64,000 nt of DNA, taken from NCBI GenBank assembly GCA_965227515.1, contig CBDDFZ010000002.1:672001-736000 (forward strand). The letters run 5' to 3'. The position numbers were made by a program, and so were the translations under genes. The DNA is from Alphaproteobacteria bacterium (GTDB lineage: Bacteria; Pseudomonadota; Alphaproteobacteria; CALKHQ01). Below, one piece after another: positions 35,819 through 46,766 of this stretch (the stretch's first letter is position 1; the number at the start of each line of letters is the position of its first letter). The notes under the pieces were generated by a model. The model was not told where the DNA came from. It saw nothing but the letters and a program-made list of their open reading frames with translations, and searched no databases.

Positions 35819-38800
35819 TCAGCCGTTCAGCCGGCCGATTGACCGCGCCAGCATGACATAGAGCCGGCCGACATCGGAACTGAGGAAGGTTGCGTTCAGC
35901 ACATCCTCCAGGCCCGAGCGCTTGGTCTGGCTCAGCAATTCCTCGAACTGCACCAGATAGCGGTTCACGTGGTCGCGGAACTCGCTGTCGCGCTCATAGC
36001 GCGCCTTGATGTCGACCAGCACCGCGCGGTCGCGCAGGCCCACCAGCTTGCGCGCGAAGATGCCCCGGTCGCCCTTGTGATAGCGCTGCCAGACGTCGTC
36101 GCTGACATTGGCCTGCATGCCGCGCGAGATGTCGATGGCCGACGACTCCAGCCGCTCGATGATGAACCCGGCCTGGCGCATGAAGCTGTCGCCCTGGGTG
36201 CGCGCCGCCAGCTCCGACAGTTGCTCGATGGCCGAGCGGGCATCGGTGGCGATCTCCGACAGCGAGATCGCCTGTTCGCGGAAGCCCTGGATCGCGGTCT
36301 CGGCCTGCTCGGCCACCTTGTTGCTGGTGCGTTGCAGCACGCTGGCGCGCTGGTCGAGCGCGTTGTCGACCTGCTGGCTCTGATCGGCCGCCCAGTTGAC
36401 CGTGCGCTCCACGGCCGCGGCGTGGTCCTGCAACTGCTTGGCGATGGTGGCGAACTGGGCCTCGATGTGGTCCTGAACCGTGCGCAGCCCGTCGATCTGG
36501 CCGGCGAAGGTGGTGTTCAGCCGGGCGAGCTTGGCATCGACCGCGTCGCCGAGCTGGGACAGCGCGGTCGACTGCGATTCCGCCTGCTTGCCGGCATCGG
36601 CCATGGTGCGGCTGGTGCGCTCGCCGGCGGCGTTCATCTTCTCGCTCTCGGCGGCCAGGCGGGCGGCGACGGCGGTCAGCGATTCACCCAGCGTGGCGCC
36701 GGTTTCCGCCAGTTCCGACTGGCGCCGCTTCAGGTCCTGCTCGGCCTTGACCATCGCGTCCGCCTCGGCGCGGGCGCGGGCGCCGGCCCCCTCCACGGCG
36801 CTGGCCATCTCGTCGGACTTCGCCGTCAGGTCCACGGTCAGCCCGTCGATCTGCTCGCGCAGCCCGCCGACCTTGCGGTCGAAGCCGTCGGCCAGCATCG
36901 ACAGCGCGCTCGCCTGATCGGCCAACGCGGTGCCGACGGTGCGGGCGCGGCCCTCGATGGTGCCCTTGGCGTCGTCCAGCTCGGACAGATGGGTGCGCAG
37001 GCCGTCGATGGCGACCTCGACCTGGCCGGTCACGCTTTCCGCCGACTTCCGCACTTCCGCGGCATCGTCTTGCAGGTTCTGCACCAGCATGCGTAGCGCG
37101 GCCTCGGCATCGCCACCGGCCGTCGTCACCTTGCCGGCGCTGTCTTGCAGGGCGTCGGCAAGGCCGGTCACGCGGCTGGCGGCGACATCGCCGGCAGAGC
37201 GCACAGCCTCCAGCTTCTCGGCCATGGCGGTCGAGACCCGCTCCAGGGTGGCGGTCGAGCGCTCGCCGGCATCGGCCAAGGCGGCATCGGTCGCCTCGGT
37301 CTTCTCCGACAGTGTGGTCAACGCCTCGCCGATCTTTGCGGCGGCGGCGTCGGCCAGCGTGGCCGACTCCTGGCGCACCGCATCCAGGTCGCGGCGCACT
37401 TCGGCAGCCAGATCGCGCAGGCGCCGCGCGCCGGCGCGGGTGGTCTCGCCCAGCACCGCTTCCGCCGTCTCGACCTGCTTGCCGAGCCGGTTCTGCAGCG
37501 CGTCCAGCCGGTCGTTGGCCTGGGTGGCGATGGCATCCATACGGTCGCGCACGTCAGGCAGCGCTTCCATCACATCGCGAATGCGCTTGGAGGCGTCTGA
37601 CGCCCGGTCGACCGCACCGTCCAGCGACTGTGCGATGGCGCCCTCGGTCTCGGCCGACATGGTCTTCAGCCGGTCCTCCACCGTAGCCGCCGTCTTCAGC
37701 ACGCGGGCTTCCGCGCCGTCGGCCTCGGTCGCGAACGCCTGGCCGATGGCGGCGATGCGCGCCTCGGTCTTGGCCGACATATCTGTCAACATGGCGTCGG
37801 CGGTGCGGCCGATCTCTTCGCTGCGGCCACGTGCGCGATCCGCCATGTCCTGCAATTGGCTGTCCATGCGGGTGCCGGCGTCGGCGACGGCTGCCTCGGT
37901 TTCGCTGGTCTGGTCCGCCAGGGACTTAGCGAACGCGGCGATCCGGCCCTGCGACCTCTCCGACAGATCCGCCAACGCGGCCTCTGTGGACGTGCCGATT
38001 TCCTGGCTGCGGCTTTGGGCGCGCTCCGCCAGGCTCTGCAAATGATCGTCGATGCGCGTGCCGGACTTGGCGATCGCGGCCTCGGTCTCGCTCGTGCGGT
38101 CCACCAGCGACTTCGCCATGGCGGCGATACGCGCCTCGGTCTTGTCGGAGATCGAGGCCAGCATGGCCTCGGCGCCGCGCTCGGTGTCCTCGGTCTGGGC
38201 CTTGGTGCGCGCCACGAACGCGCGCATCGCCTCGTCCATGCGGCTGGTGGTCTCGGCGAAGTGGCGCTCCGCATCCTCCGCGCCGCCGGCAATCGCCGTC
38301 TTCGCGGTTTCGGCATGCTCGCCCGCGCGCGCCGCAAGCTGGCCCAGGGCGGCATCGACGCTGGAGACTTCGGCCTGCGCGCCGGCGAAGATATCGGCGA
38401 TCCGGCGCTGGGTCTCGTCCAGCACGGCGGAGATGTCGGCATCGGCGCTGGACGCCCGGTCGGTCATCGACTGGGCCAATGTCTCGATCCGCGCCTCGGT
38501 CTTGGCAGCGATGTCGCCAAGCATGGCGACGGCCGCGGCCTGGGTCTCGGCACTTTGCGCGGTCGTCTTGTCGGCCAGCGTCTGCAACCTGTCTTCAAGC
38601 TGGTCGACGGTCTCGGCAAGCCTGTCCTCGGCGGACTGCGCGCTGCTGGTCGCGGCCAGCGAAATGCCGTCGATCCGCTCCCCGGCGCGCGAGGCCATGG
38701 CGGCGAGCGCGATCTCGAGCTGGCCGATGTCGTCCTGGGCGGCCGCGATGGTCGACGCGACCCGGTCGCGGGTGCCGCGCAGCACGCCCTCGATATTGCC

Positions 38801-41485
38801 GTCTGTGCTGGCGACGCTGGCGGCCAGCGACTTGTTCAGTTCGTCGATGCGTCCGCTCATGCGGGCGATGACGGTGGAGAGCTGGGTCTCGATGGCGGTA
38901 CCGCCGGCCCGGACCTCGGCAATGCCGTCGGCCACCAGCGCCGTCGCGCGGCGGCTGGCCTCGCGCAGGGCGGCCTCGGCCTGGTCGACGCTGCCGTGGC
39001 TGACCGACGCCACCTCGGCCAACTGGCGCGCCATCGCCTGGCCGGCGGCGACCAGCTTGCGGTCGGCCTCCTCGGCATGGGCGGCGAGTTTCTGGCCGGC
39101 ATCCGCCGCACCTTGCGTGGCGGTCTCGGCGGTCTGGCGGAACGCGGCCTCGGTGCCGGCGAGATCGCTCCGCACCGCCTCGGACGCGTCGGCGACCTCG
39201 CGCGAGGTGGCATTGGCCAGGTCGGCGAGTTGCCGCCCGGTCTTCGACACATCGATCTCGATCTGGCTCGCGATCGCCTTCACCCGCGACGCGGTGCCTT
39301 CCGCGCTGCCGGTCAGCGCGCGGCCGGTGTCCTCGACGGCGGCGCGGGCGTCTGCGGCCGCCTGTTCGGCGCGGGCGCGTGCGGCCTCGGCCAGCGCGGT
39401 CAGCGAGGTATCGGTCTCGCCGGTGAGCGCGGTCAGGCGGGCGGCGGCCTGTTCGACGATATCGGTCAGTGCGCGGCTGCTTTCGGCCAGCCGGGTTTCC
39501 GATGCGCGCACGGCCTCTTCCGCCCGGTCGGCGGCATCGTCGGCCAGCGTGCCCAGCTTGTGATCGGTCGACGCCACCACATCGGCCAGCCGGGCCGATT
39601 CCGCGGCGAGCCGCTGATCCGCATCCTGGATGATCGCCTTCAGATTGGCGTCGGCGTCCTGCATGTGGGACCGCAACGCATCGGTCTTGGCGCGCATGTC
39701 CGCGCTGCGCTCTTCCAGTGTGTCGGTCTGCTGGCCGATGGTGATGCCGAGCGCGCCGATCTCCTGGCGCGCCTGTACGATCATCGCTTCAAGGGCGGTG
39801 GCACGGTCGCGCACGGTCTCGGTGGCGGTGCCGGCGGCGTCGGTCAGGGTCGCGGCAACGCTGGCGAACGCCTCCGCCTGTTCCTTCGAGGCGGCGACGC
39901 CCGCCTTGCCCGACGTTTCCAGCCGGTCGACGGTGGCGGTCAGGTGTTCCGCCGCGTCCTGGATCAACGAACGAGCCTCCGCCGCCTTCTCGCTCGTGTT
40001 GCGCACGGTCACGTCCATGCGGCCGCGTTGCTCGGCCAGATTGCGGGTCAGGTCCTCGGCCCAGTCGTGCACCGCATCGCGGCTCTGCTCCAGGCTGGCG
40101 GCCTGCGCCTGCAGGCTTTCGGTGGCCTTGGCGACCTCGCCGCCGATGGCGGTGGCCCGCTCGCGGACCTGTCCGACGCTCTGGTCGAAGCGTTCGCCCA
40201 GGGTGCGCAGGTGCTGCTCTGCGGCGGTGCCGGCCTTGTCGAGCACGTCGACCTGCTTGGCGACCGCGGCCTCGATGGAACCGATGCGCTGCTCGGCGGC
40301 GGTGCCGGCGTTGTCCAGCGTGGTGCGTTGGGCCTCCAGTCGTTCGGCGATGCGCGCGGCGGCGTCGCCCAGCCGTGTCGTTGTCGCCTCCAGCTCGGTG
40401 CGCCGTTCATCGGCCATGGCCGACAGGCTTTCGAGTTGCTCCATCGCCGTCTTGGAGGCTGAGCGCATGTAGCGCCCGGACTTGCGCAGCATCGGCGCGA
40501 TCTGCTGCGATTTCTCCATCGCGATGTCGGCCGACCGGGTGACCGCCTCGGCCTGTTCGCTCAGCAGGTCGCGGATCTTGCCGGCCTGGCTGCCGGCCTT
40601 CTCGGTCACCGCTTCCAGATGATCGACCTGATCGGCCATGGTCTGCGACATGCTGCTGGCGCTGGCCTGTGCGGTATCCAGGGTCGAGCGCAACTCAGTG
40701 CTGCGCTGCTCCAGATCGGTGCAGATCGCCTGGGTGCTGTCGAAGGCATGCTGCACCAGGTCGGACAGCGACTTGGTCTGGTGGACGACCAGATCCTCGA
40801 CCGTCCTCACGTCCTGGGCGGCGGAATTGGAGACCTGGCGCATCTCGTCGGTCTGCCGGCGCAGCGCCTGCAACACCGATTTGGCCCGCAGTTCGATATC
40901 GTCGGCCAGGCCCTTGATCTCGCCCTGGCCCTCGCGGAACTTCAGCGCCACGTCGTCGGCGATGCCCATGGCGTGGTCGGAGACGGAGCGGAACTCATCG
41001 GTCTGCAGGCGCAGGGTGCGGGCGATGTCCTGCACGTCGTTGCTGACCGTGGCCGTGGGGTGCTCCAGCATGCCGAGGTGGCGGGTCAGCGCATCCGATT
41101 GCGCGCGCAGCCGCGCGCCCCGCGCCACATAGCCGACGATCAGCCAGGCCGCCATCGGCACCAGCAGCACGATGGCGCAGACGCCGGCCAGCTCGTGCGG
41201 CAGCATGTAGCTGAGATTGTCCAGCCCGTAGGCGCCGACCAGGTAGAAACCCCAGGCCAGCAGCCAGACAACCGTGAAGGCGGCGCAGGCGATGCCGCTG
41301 GCGCCGAGACCGTCGAGCAGGCGCCGCGACGCATCCAGTCCGAAGTCGCTGGGTCGGCCGTGCCGGCGCTCGCCGGCCAGCGCGGCGTCTTCCGTGCTGA
41401 TCTGCGTGTCGTCGTCCGTTGCGTCATATGCAACGTGAATGCTCGGCGGTTCCTCCGACGAGCGGAATGGCGCGTGATCGGCCAT
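35819..41485 (-). CDS. Giant membrane-anchored helical-repeat polar scaffold protein (TipN / GPR-RgsE-like)
   Basis: 1888 aa; two N-terminal TM helices; long Ala-rich apolipoprotein-like amphipathic repeats; C-terminal W.RY.KGDRGIFAR...Y..D.EFR.HV.RY..QFEELL...LSSDVGRLY..LA. Confidence 0.75.
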   Translation of the reverse strand: MADHAPFRSSEEPPSIHVAYDATDDDTQISTEDAALAGERRHGRPSDFGLDASRRLLDGLGASGIACAAFTVVWLLAWGFYLVGAYGLDNLSYMLPHELAGVCAIVLLVPMAAWLIVGYVARGARLRAQSDALTRHLGMLEHPTATVSNDVQDIARTLRLQTDEFRSVSDHAMGIADDVALKFREGQGEIKGLADDIELRAKSVLQALRRQTDEMRQVSNSAAQDVRTVEDLVVHQTKSLSDLVQHAFDSTQAICTDLEQRSTELRSTLDTAQASASSMSQTMADQVDHLEAVTEKAGSQAGKIRDLLSEQAEAVTRSADIAMEKSQQIAPMLRKSGRYMRSASKTAMEQLESLSAMADERRTELEATTTRLGDAAARIAERLEAQRTTLDNAGTAAEQRIGSIEAAVAKQVDVLDKAGTAAEQHLRTLGERFDQSVGQVRERATAIGGEVAKATESLQAQAASLEQSRDAVHDWAEDLTRNLAEQRGRMDVTVRNTSEKAAEARSLIQDAAEHLTATVDRLETSGKAGVAASKEQAEAFASVAATLTDAAGTATETVRDRATALEAMIVQARQEIGALGITIGQQTDTLEERSADMRAKTDALRSHMQDADANLKAIIQDADQRLAAESARLADVVASTDHKLGTLADDAADRAEEAVRASETRLAESSRALTDIVEQAAARLTALTGETDTSLTALAEAARARAEQAAADARAAVEDTGRALTGSAEGTASRVKAIASQIEIDVSKTGRQLADLANATSREVADASEAVRSDLAGTEAAFRQTAETATQGAADAGQKLAAHAEEADRKLVAAGQAMARQLAEVASVSHGSVDQAEAALREASRRATALVADGIAEVRAGGTAIETQLSTVIARMSGRIDELNKSLAASVASTDGNIEGVLRGTRDRVASTIAAAQDDIGQLEIALAAMASRAGERIDGISLAATSSAQSAEDRLAETVDQLEDRLQTLADKTTAQSAETQAAAVAMLGDIAAKTEARIETLAQSMTDRASSADADISAVLDETQRRIADIFAGAQAEVSSVDAALGQLAARAGEHAETAKTAIAGGAEDAERHFAETTSRMDEAMRAFVARTKAQTEDTERGAEAMLASISDKTEARIAAMAKSLVDRTSETEAAIAKSGTRIDDHLQSLAERAQSRSQEIGTSTEAALADLSERSQGRIAAFAKSLADQTSETEAAVADAGTRMDSQLQDMADRARGRSEEIGRTADAMLTDMSAKTEARIAAIGQAFATEADGAEARVLKTAATVEDRLKTMSAETEGAIAQSLDGAVDRASDASKRIRDVMEALPDVRDRMDAIATQANDRLDALQNRLGKQVETAEAVLGETTRAGARRLRDLAAEVRRDLDAVRQESATLADAAAAKIGEALTTLSEKTEATDAALADAGERSTATLERVSTAMAEKLEAVRSAGDVAASRVTGLADALQDSAGKVTTAGGDAEAALRMLVQNLQDDAAEVRKSAESVTGQVEVAIDGLRTHLSELDDAKGTIEGRARTVGTALADQASALSMLADGFDRKVGGLREQIDGLTVDLTAKSDEMASAVEGAGARARAEADAMVKAEQDLKRRQSELAETGATLGESLTAVAARLAAESEKMNAAGERTSRTMADAGKQAESQSTALSQLGDAVDAKLARLNTTFAGQIDGLRTVQDHIEAQFATIAKQLQDHAAAVERTVNWAADQSQQVDNALDQRASVLQRTSNKVAEQAETAIQGFREQAISLSEIATDARSAIEQLSELAARTQGDSFMRQAGFIIERLESSAIDISRGMQANVSDDVWQRYHKGDRGIFARKLVGLRDRAVLVDIKARYERDSEFRDHVNRYLVQFEELLSQTKRSGLEDVLNATFLSSDVGRLYVMLARSIGRLNG

Positions 41486-41721
41486 GACGTCTCTCCTCGA
41501 CGTTGGTCGCAACGGCGCTCCGGTATGCGATTACCCCACCTCCGCACACCGGCGGCTGACCGACCCGGGATCGGTGAGCAAATCCAACGTCATGGTATCG
41601 TAGCGTCGCTTATGGCCGATTTGAACTGTAAAAGCAAAATTAACGCTAGTAACTGCCGGATTCGGCAGGGATTTTGTCCGTTTGGGGTATGGTTAACGGC
41701 GCCGGCAACTTGCCGGTCAAG

Positions 41722-42651
41722 TCAACATGGCTGAACGCCAGCTACCGCGACTTCCACTCTATACAGTGATGTTGTGGCGGCGACATACAATATGTTGCCT
41801 TCCGGCCCGCCGAACACCAGATTTGCCGTGGCCCGCTCCGGAATGACGATACGTCCGATGCGCCGCGCCTCCGGCTCCGCAGTGTAGACGTGCACCCCGT
41901 CGGCGGCACTGGTCCAGATGCGGCCGTCGACGTCGACACGGAATCCGTCGAACAGTCCGGCCTCGCAGATCGCGAAGATCCGGCTGTTGCGCAGCACCGG
42001 CTTGCCGTCATCGCCGGTCTCGACATCGAGGGCGCGGATGTGGCGCGGCCCGTCGGGATCGTGCGATGCGCCTGTGTCGGCGATGTAGAGCACGCTCTCG
42101 TCGGGCGAGAATGCAAGCCCGTTCGGCTTGTCGAAGTCGTCGGCCACCACGTCGAGGTCGCCGGTGGCGGGGTCGTAGCGGAACACGTAGCAGGCGCCGT
42201 AGGCCGGCTCGCCGGCAAATCCCTCCCAATGGCTCATGATGCCGTAGGACGGGTCGGTGAACCACACCGTGCCGTCGGACTTCACCACCACGTCGTTGGG
42301 GGAGTTGAGCTGCTTGCCGTTCCAGTTGTCGACCAGCACCTCGTAGGTGCCGTCGTGGTTGGTGCGGCTGACCCGCCGCCCGCCGTGCTCGCACGAGACC
42401 AGCCGGCCCTCGCGATCGCGGGTGTGGCCATTGGTGAAATGGGAGGGCGCGCGGAAGACGGAGGGGCCTTCCTTAGCCGACCAGCGCATCATCCGGTTGT
42501 TCGGAATGTCGCTCCACAGCATGTAGTCGCCTTCGCGGAAATACACCGGCCCCTCGGACCAGATGCACCCGGTGAAGACCCGCTCCACCCAGGCGTCGGC
42601 CACCAGCAGGTCCTTGAAACGGTCATCGAGAATGTCAAAGTCCGGCGACAT
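41722..42651 (-). CDS. SMP-30/gluconolactonase/LRE family protein
   Basis: WSEGPVY, WSDIPNNR, LNSPNDVVV, FTDPSYG, PNGLAFSPD, DGFRVD. Confidence 0.93.
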   Translation of the reverse strand: MSPDFDILDDRFKDLLVADAWVERVFTGCIWSEGPVYFREGDYMLWSDIPNNRMMRWSAKEGPSVFRAPSHFTNGHTRDREGRLVSCEHGGRRVSRTNHDGTYEVLVDNWNGKQLNSPNDVVVKSDGTVWFTDPSYGIMSHWEGFAGEPAYGACYVFRYDPATGDLDVVADDFDKPNGLAFSPDESVLYIADTGASHDPDGPRHIRALDVETGDDGKPVLRNSRIFAICEAGLFDGFRVDVDGRIWTSAADGVHVYTAEPEARRIGRIVIPERATANLVFGGPEGNILYVAATTSLYRVEVAVAGVQPC

Positions 42652-42809
42652 CGGCGGCTTCCCCCCTGACGCGATGGTCGTAAGCGACTGTTTGGCGCGA
42701 TCGCCTGGCGGCCTGCTGCCACCCTTCGGACCGGCGCGGCGCGATCATAGACCGCAAGTCGCGCGGGCTCCAAGGCTCCTGAGGCTGCCGCGCGGCAGCC
42801 GGCAGACCG

Positions 42810-43238
42810 TCAGTGGACGGTCGGCGTGCCGGTGGGCGTATCGGCGGGCGTATCGGACTTGCGGACCTTGCGCCTGAGGGCGGGGCTGGCGTGATGCAGC
42901 ACCATCCGCCAGACGCCGTCCTGGCGGACGAACCCGTTGGTGGCGAATATGGACGCGGCGGCGATGACCTCGGTGCAGGTGACGAGCGCGGTGTCGCCGA
43001 GCAGGACCGCGGATGCATCGCGGCCATCGATCTGCGGCGATCCGGGCGTGGTCAGGATCGCGTGCCAGCTCTCCATCACCGCGTCGCGGGTCAACAACGG
43101 CGGCGCGCCGGGGTGGACGCAGACGACGTCGGCGCGCTGGGCCCACAATGCGTCCATGCGCGCCAGGTCCCGGTCGGTGAATGCCGCATAGAAGGCCCGG
43201 TTTGCGGCCAGCACGTCCGCCGTGTCGTCGCCGGTCAT
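42810..43238 (-). CDS. SnoaL-like / NTF2-family protein
   Basis: ANRAFYAAF..RDLARM..LW, CVHPG, ATNGF, WRMVLHHASP. Confidence 0.88.
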   Translation of the reverse strand: MTGDDTADVLAANRAFYAAFTDRDLARMDALWAQRADVVCVHPGAPPLLTRDAVMESWHAILTTPGSPQIDGRDASAVLLGDTALVTCTEVIAAASIFATNGFVRQDGVWRMVLHHASPALRRKVRKSDTPADTPTGTPTVH

Positions 43239-43269
43239 GGCGTCTCCGTTGCGCTCGGGCGCATCGTGC

Positions 43270-43857
43270 TTACCCGCCGCACATGCGCCGGCCCCGATCG
43301 TCGATGCCGGTCTCGCTGAGGCCCACGGCGCAGATGCATTCGCCGCTGGCCGGGTCGGGCACGGTGCCGACCGCGCAGGCGAACTCGCAGTCGCTGTTGT
43401 CGAGCATCGGCTGCAAGTACGGGCCGGAACAGAAAATCGGCGGCGGGATATCGCGCTCGACCAGGTCCACCGACGACAGGCTGTCGGCCGGAATGCCCAG
43501 TGCCTCGACGTCCGGGTAGTCGCCGGGCGCCAGCACGACCGGCGGGCCATCGCCATTCTCGAAGTCCGTTTCGCGATGGAAGCTCCAGGTGCCTGTTACG
43601 ACCCTGATCGACATCACCGCATCGTCGATGCCGAATTCGCCGAGGTCCGGGGCGCTGGCGGTCAGTTGCACGCTCTCGCCGGTGAAGTCGCGGCCGTCGT
43701 AGAGGACCACCTCGTCGGCAAGCGCCGGCGCCGCGGAGAACAGCACGAGCCCGCTCAACACGATGCCCGCCAGCCCGATGCCTGCCAGCCCGGAGTTGGG
43801 CGCACGCCATCGCCGGGGCGCTCCTGCAGGTCGCAAAGTCGTTTCCGCGTAGCGCAT
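43270..43857 (-). CDS. Secreted beta/gamma-crystallin-domain protein with Cys-rich C-terminus
   Basis: Signal ending APALA; VVLYDGRDFTGES...DDAVMSIRV..GTW...DF...PGDYPD...DSLSSV; 6 Cys in the tail; start uncertain. Confidence 0.78.
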   Translation of the reverse strand: MRYAETTLRPAGAPRRWRAPNSGLAGIGLAGIVLSGLVLFSAAPALADEVVLYDGRDFTGESVQLTASAPDLGEFGIDDAVMSIRVVTGTWSFHRETDFENGDGPPVVLAPGDYPDVEALGIPADSLSSVDLVERDIPPPIFCSGPYLQPMLDNSDCEFACAVGTVPDPASGECICAVGLSETGIDDRGRRMCGG

Positions 43858-43972
43858 GGCGGGCCTCATCCGGTTGCGTTCCAGTTCGTTGGCCACCGCA
43901 CGTGATGCGCCGGCCACACTGAGTTTATCTCGCGCCGGACTGGTCTGCGAAGGGGGGACTTTCCGGCCGGTT

Positions 43973-46444
43973 TCAGCCGCCCGACCCGGTCGCCCGCAAC
44001 GGCGGCGTGGCACGCGCCGATTGCGTGCGATCGTTCTTCAGCCACGTATTGATCAGGTGCCTGAGTTTGCCGGTCAGGATCGGCTTGGCCAGGTAGTCGT
44101 CCATGCCGGCGTCCAGGCAGCGCGACTTGTCGCCGGACATGGCGTGCGCGGTCACGCCCACGATGGGCGTGCGCGGCAGGTCGTTCGCCTCTTCGAACGC
44201 GCGGATGTGGCCCGTCGCCTCCAGTCCGTCCATCACCGGCATCGACACGTCCATCAAGATGATCCGCGGCGGCGCCTGCTGGTATGCGGCCACTGCCTCC
44301 TCGCCGTCCTCGGCGATGCGGTAGCTCAGGCCCATCTGCTCCAGAAGCTGTTCGATCACCAGCCGATTGACCTCGTTGTCCTCGACCACCATCACGTCGG
44401 GTGTCTGCCCGTCGGCGGTCGGGCGTGCGGCGGGCGCCGCCCGTGGACCGCGGGCGGTCGCCGAGACGGCGGCTTTCTCGTGCAACGAGCGGCCGACCGC
44501 CGACATGATCGCGTCCAACAGGCGCGACGGGAAGGTCGGCTTGACCAGGCAGCCCTGCAACCCCAGCGCCTTGCAGCGCTCGATGGACTCGCCCTCGGTG
44601 ATCGAGGTCAGCAGAATCGCTGCGGTGCCGGCCAGTTCAGGCGTGCGGCGGATTTCGCGAAGCACGTCCTCGCCATCCATGCGCGGCATGTGGTGGTCCA
44701 GGATGATGACGTCGAACGGCCGGCTCTGCCGCTGCGCCGACGACATTTTCTGGATCGCCTCGCGGCCGGTGGCCACGATCGAGCAGTCGATCGACCAGGA
44801 CGACAGCATCTCGCCCACGATCAAGCGGTTGGTCTCGTTGTCGTCGACCGCGATCACCCGCAGGCTGCGGGCGTCGAACGGTAACGCCGCGGGCGTTTCG
44901 CCGGCTTCGTGGCGTTGCAGCGGCACGCGGAACCAGAACGTCGAGCCGCCACCCTGGTTCGGCCGCACGCCGATGTCGCCACCCATATTGTCGACCAGCC
45001 CCTTACAGATGGAAAGGCCCAGGCCAGTGCCCTCGTGGCGGCGCGACGATGACGAATCGACCTGGGAGAACATCTGGAAGATGCGCTCCATGTCCTCCGG
45101 CGCGACACCGATGCCCGTGTCGCGCACCTCCACCACCAGTGTCGCGTCGCCGTCGTCGGCAGCAGCGCTGCCGTCGGTCTCGACCGAGATGTCGACCACG
45201 ATGTGGCCCTGGTCGGTGAACTTGACCGCATTGCCCAGGAAATTGGTCACCACCTGTTGCAGGCGATCGAAGTCGCCGACCAGGTGGCTCGGGGCGTCGG
45301 GCGCGACGCGGACCAGCACTTCCAGCGCCTTCTTGGCCGCCGGTTCGGCGATCACGCGCACCGAGTCCCGTGCAAGGTTGGCCACCTTGAACGGCGTCGC
45401 GGACAGCACGAGCTGGCCGGAATCGATCTTCGAGAAATCGAGGATGTCGTTGATGATCGCCAGCAGCGACTTCGACGATGACTGGATCGTCTCGACATAG
45501 ACCCGTTGCCAGCTGTCCAGTTCGGTTGTCGCCATCAGCTCGGCCATGCCGATCACCCCGTTCATCGGGGTGCGGATTTCGTGGCTCATGGTGGCCAGGA
45601 ACTCCGACTTGGAGCGTTCGCCCGCGCGTGCGCGATGGTTGGCGGCCACGATGGCCGCATTCTGGCGCCGCAGCTTTGCCGAGGTCATGGCGAGCGTCAG
45701 CCCCGGCACCGAGACCGCCGCGAGCATGACGAGGCCGAACAGGACCTCGAACTCGACATAGTCGGCATGGATCGCAGCCGCGTCGGCGGTCTGGTCGACA
45801 TAGACCTCCACGACGCCGACGACGGTGCCGTACTGGGTGATCGGCACGTAGCTTTCGACATAGACGTCGGGCCGGTCCGGCTTTTCGGTGCCGTCCTCCA
45901 CGGCCGTATAGGGCTCCAGGCCGGTCAGGACCTCGGCGGCGACGGGATTGTGCGACGCCAGATCGTCGGCTTCGGTGGTCACGCCGTCGCTGCTGGCCAC
46001 CAGGATCTGCCGGCCTTCGCCGTCGAACAGCTTGAAGCGGAAGACATCGGTGAAGGACGTCATCCGGCGCAGGATTTCCTCGTCGGCGCGGCTGATGTTG
46101 CCCGTCAGCAGCACCATGATGTCGGGGAGCTGGGCCGGCATGTACTGCGCCCAGGCGAACGAGATGCGCTCGGCATTGCGGGCGATCGCGCGTTGCGCGC
46201 TGCGTTCGATCAGAATGTAGCCGACCGCCGCCGCCGCCAGGATGGCGAGCACCGACAGCGCCAGCAGCATCCGGCCGCGGAATAGGCGAGGCGCCGCAAC
46301 CCCGGGGTCAGCATCCCTGGGCTCATCCTCCCTGGGCTCATCCTCGGCGGATAGCCGTGCCGTGAAGGACGTGCCATGGTCGGATTCGGGGCGGGGGCGG
46401 GCGTTGCCGATCATCGTGCATCCTGCGTCAATCGTCGTGGACAC
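43973..46444 (-). CDS. Hybrid sensor histidine kinase with two receiver domains
   Basis: Two TM helices; [15 protein letters not shown]; NAVKFT, DTGIG, GTGLGL; REC motifs IILDHHMP and ILMDVSMP; start uncertain. Confidence 0.95.
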   Translation of the reverse strand: MSTTIDAGCTMIGNARPRPESDHGTSFTARLSAEDEPREDEPRDADPGVAAPRLFRGRMLLALSVLAILAAAAVGYILIERSAQRAIARNAERISFAWAQYMPAQLPDIMVLLTGNISRADEEILRRMTSFTDVFRFKLFDGEGRQILVASSDGVTTEADDLASHNPVAAEVLTGLEPYTAVEDGTEKPDRPDVYVESYVPITQYGTVVGVVEVYVDQTADAAAIHADYVEFEVLFGLVMLAAVSVPGLTLAMTSAKLRRQNAAIVAANHRARAGERSKSEFLATMSHEIRTPMNGVIGMAELMATTELDSWQRVYVETIQSSSKSLLAIINDILDFSKIDSGQLVLSATPFKVANLARDSVRVIAEPAAKKALEVLVRVAPDAPSHLVGDFDRLQQVVTNFLGNAVKFTDQGHIVVDISVETDGSAAADDGDATLVVEVRDTGIGVAPEDMERIFQMFSQVDSSSSRRHEGTGLGLSICKGLVDNMGGDIGVRPNQGGGSTFWFRVPLQRHEAGETPAALPFDARSLRVIAVDDNETNRLIVGEMLSSWSIDCSIVATGREAIQKMSSAQRQSRPFDVIILDHHMPRMDGEDVLREIRRTPELAGTAAILLTSITEGESIERCKALGLQGCLVKPTFPSRLLDAIMSAVGRSLHEKAAVSATARGPRAAPAARPTADGQTPDVMVVEDNEVNRLVIEQLLEQMGLSYRIAEDGEEAVAAYQQAPPRIILMDVSMPVMDGLEATGHIRAFEEANDLPRTPIVGVTAHAMSGDKSRCLDAGMDDYLAKPILTGKLRHLINTWLKNDRTQSARATPPLRATGSGG

Positions 46445-46766
46445 CGTGCCGGCGGTGGCGGACCAAGGTCAAAATGCGCCGAGGGCCAGGCAACGGTTCC
46501 GGCATGGAACCAGGAAATCATCAACAACGACTGAAGTGGGCGGAATTCGCAACAACCGGGCCCGAAAGTCGCAATTTTCGTGGCAAATCCTGACGTTTCG
46601 CCCTATACCACCCCGGATCGGCCTTGCCCGTGCCTTGATTATGTTCGACACTGGCCTGGTTCGAGTCGAGCGTACTCGTAGAGCTTGGTGCATCATGCAC
46701 CGCGGGTGAGGGGCCCCACGCGTCTCATTCTGTGCGTGAATCAAAACATGTGATGGAGGCGAATCC

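Noticed and set aside
35819-41485. Giant protein as a chemoreceptor or phage tape-measure protein
   Set aside because: No MCP hairpin signature (QTNLLALNAAIEAARAG) and no phage genes; the C-terminus fits TipN/GPR
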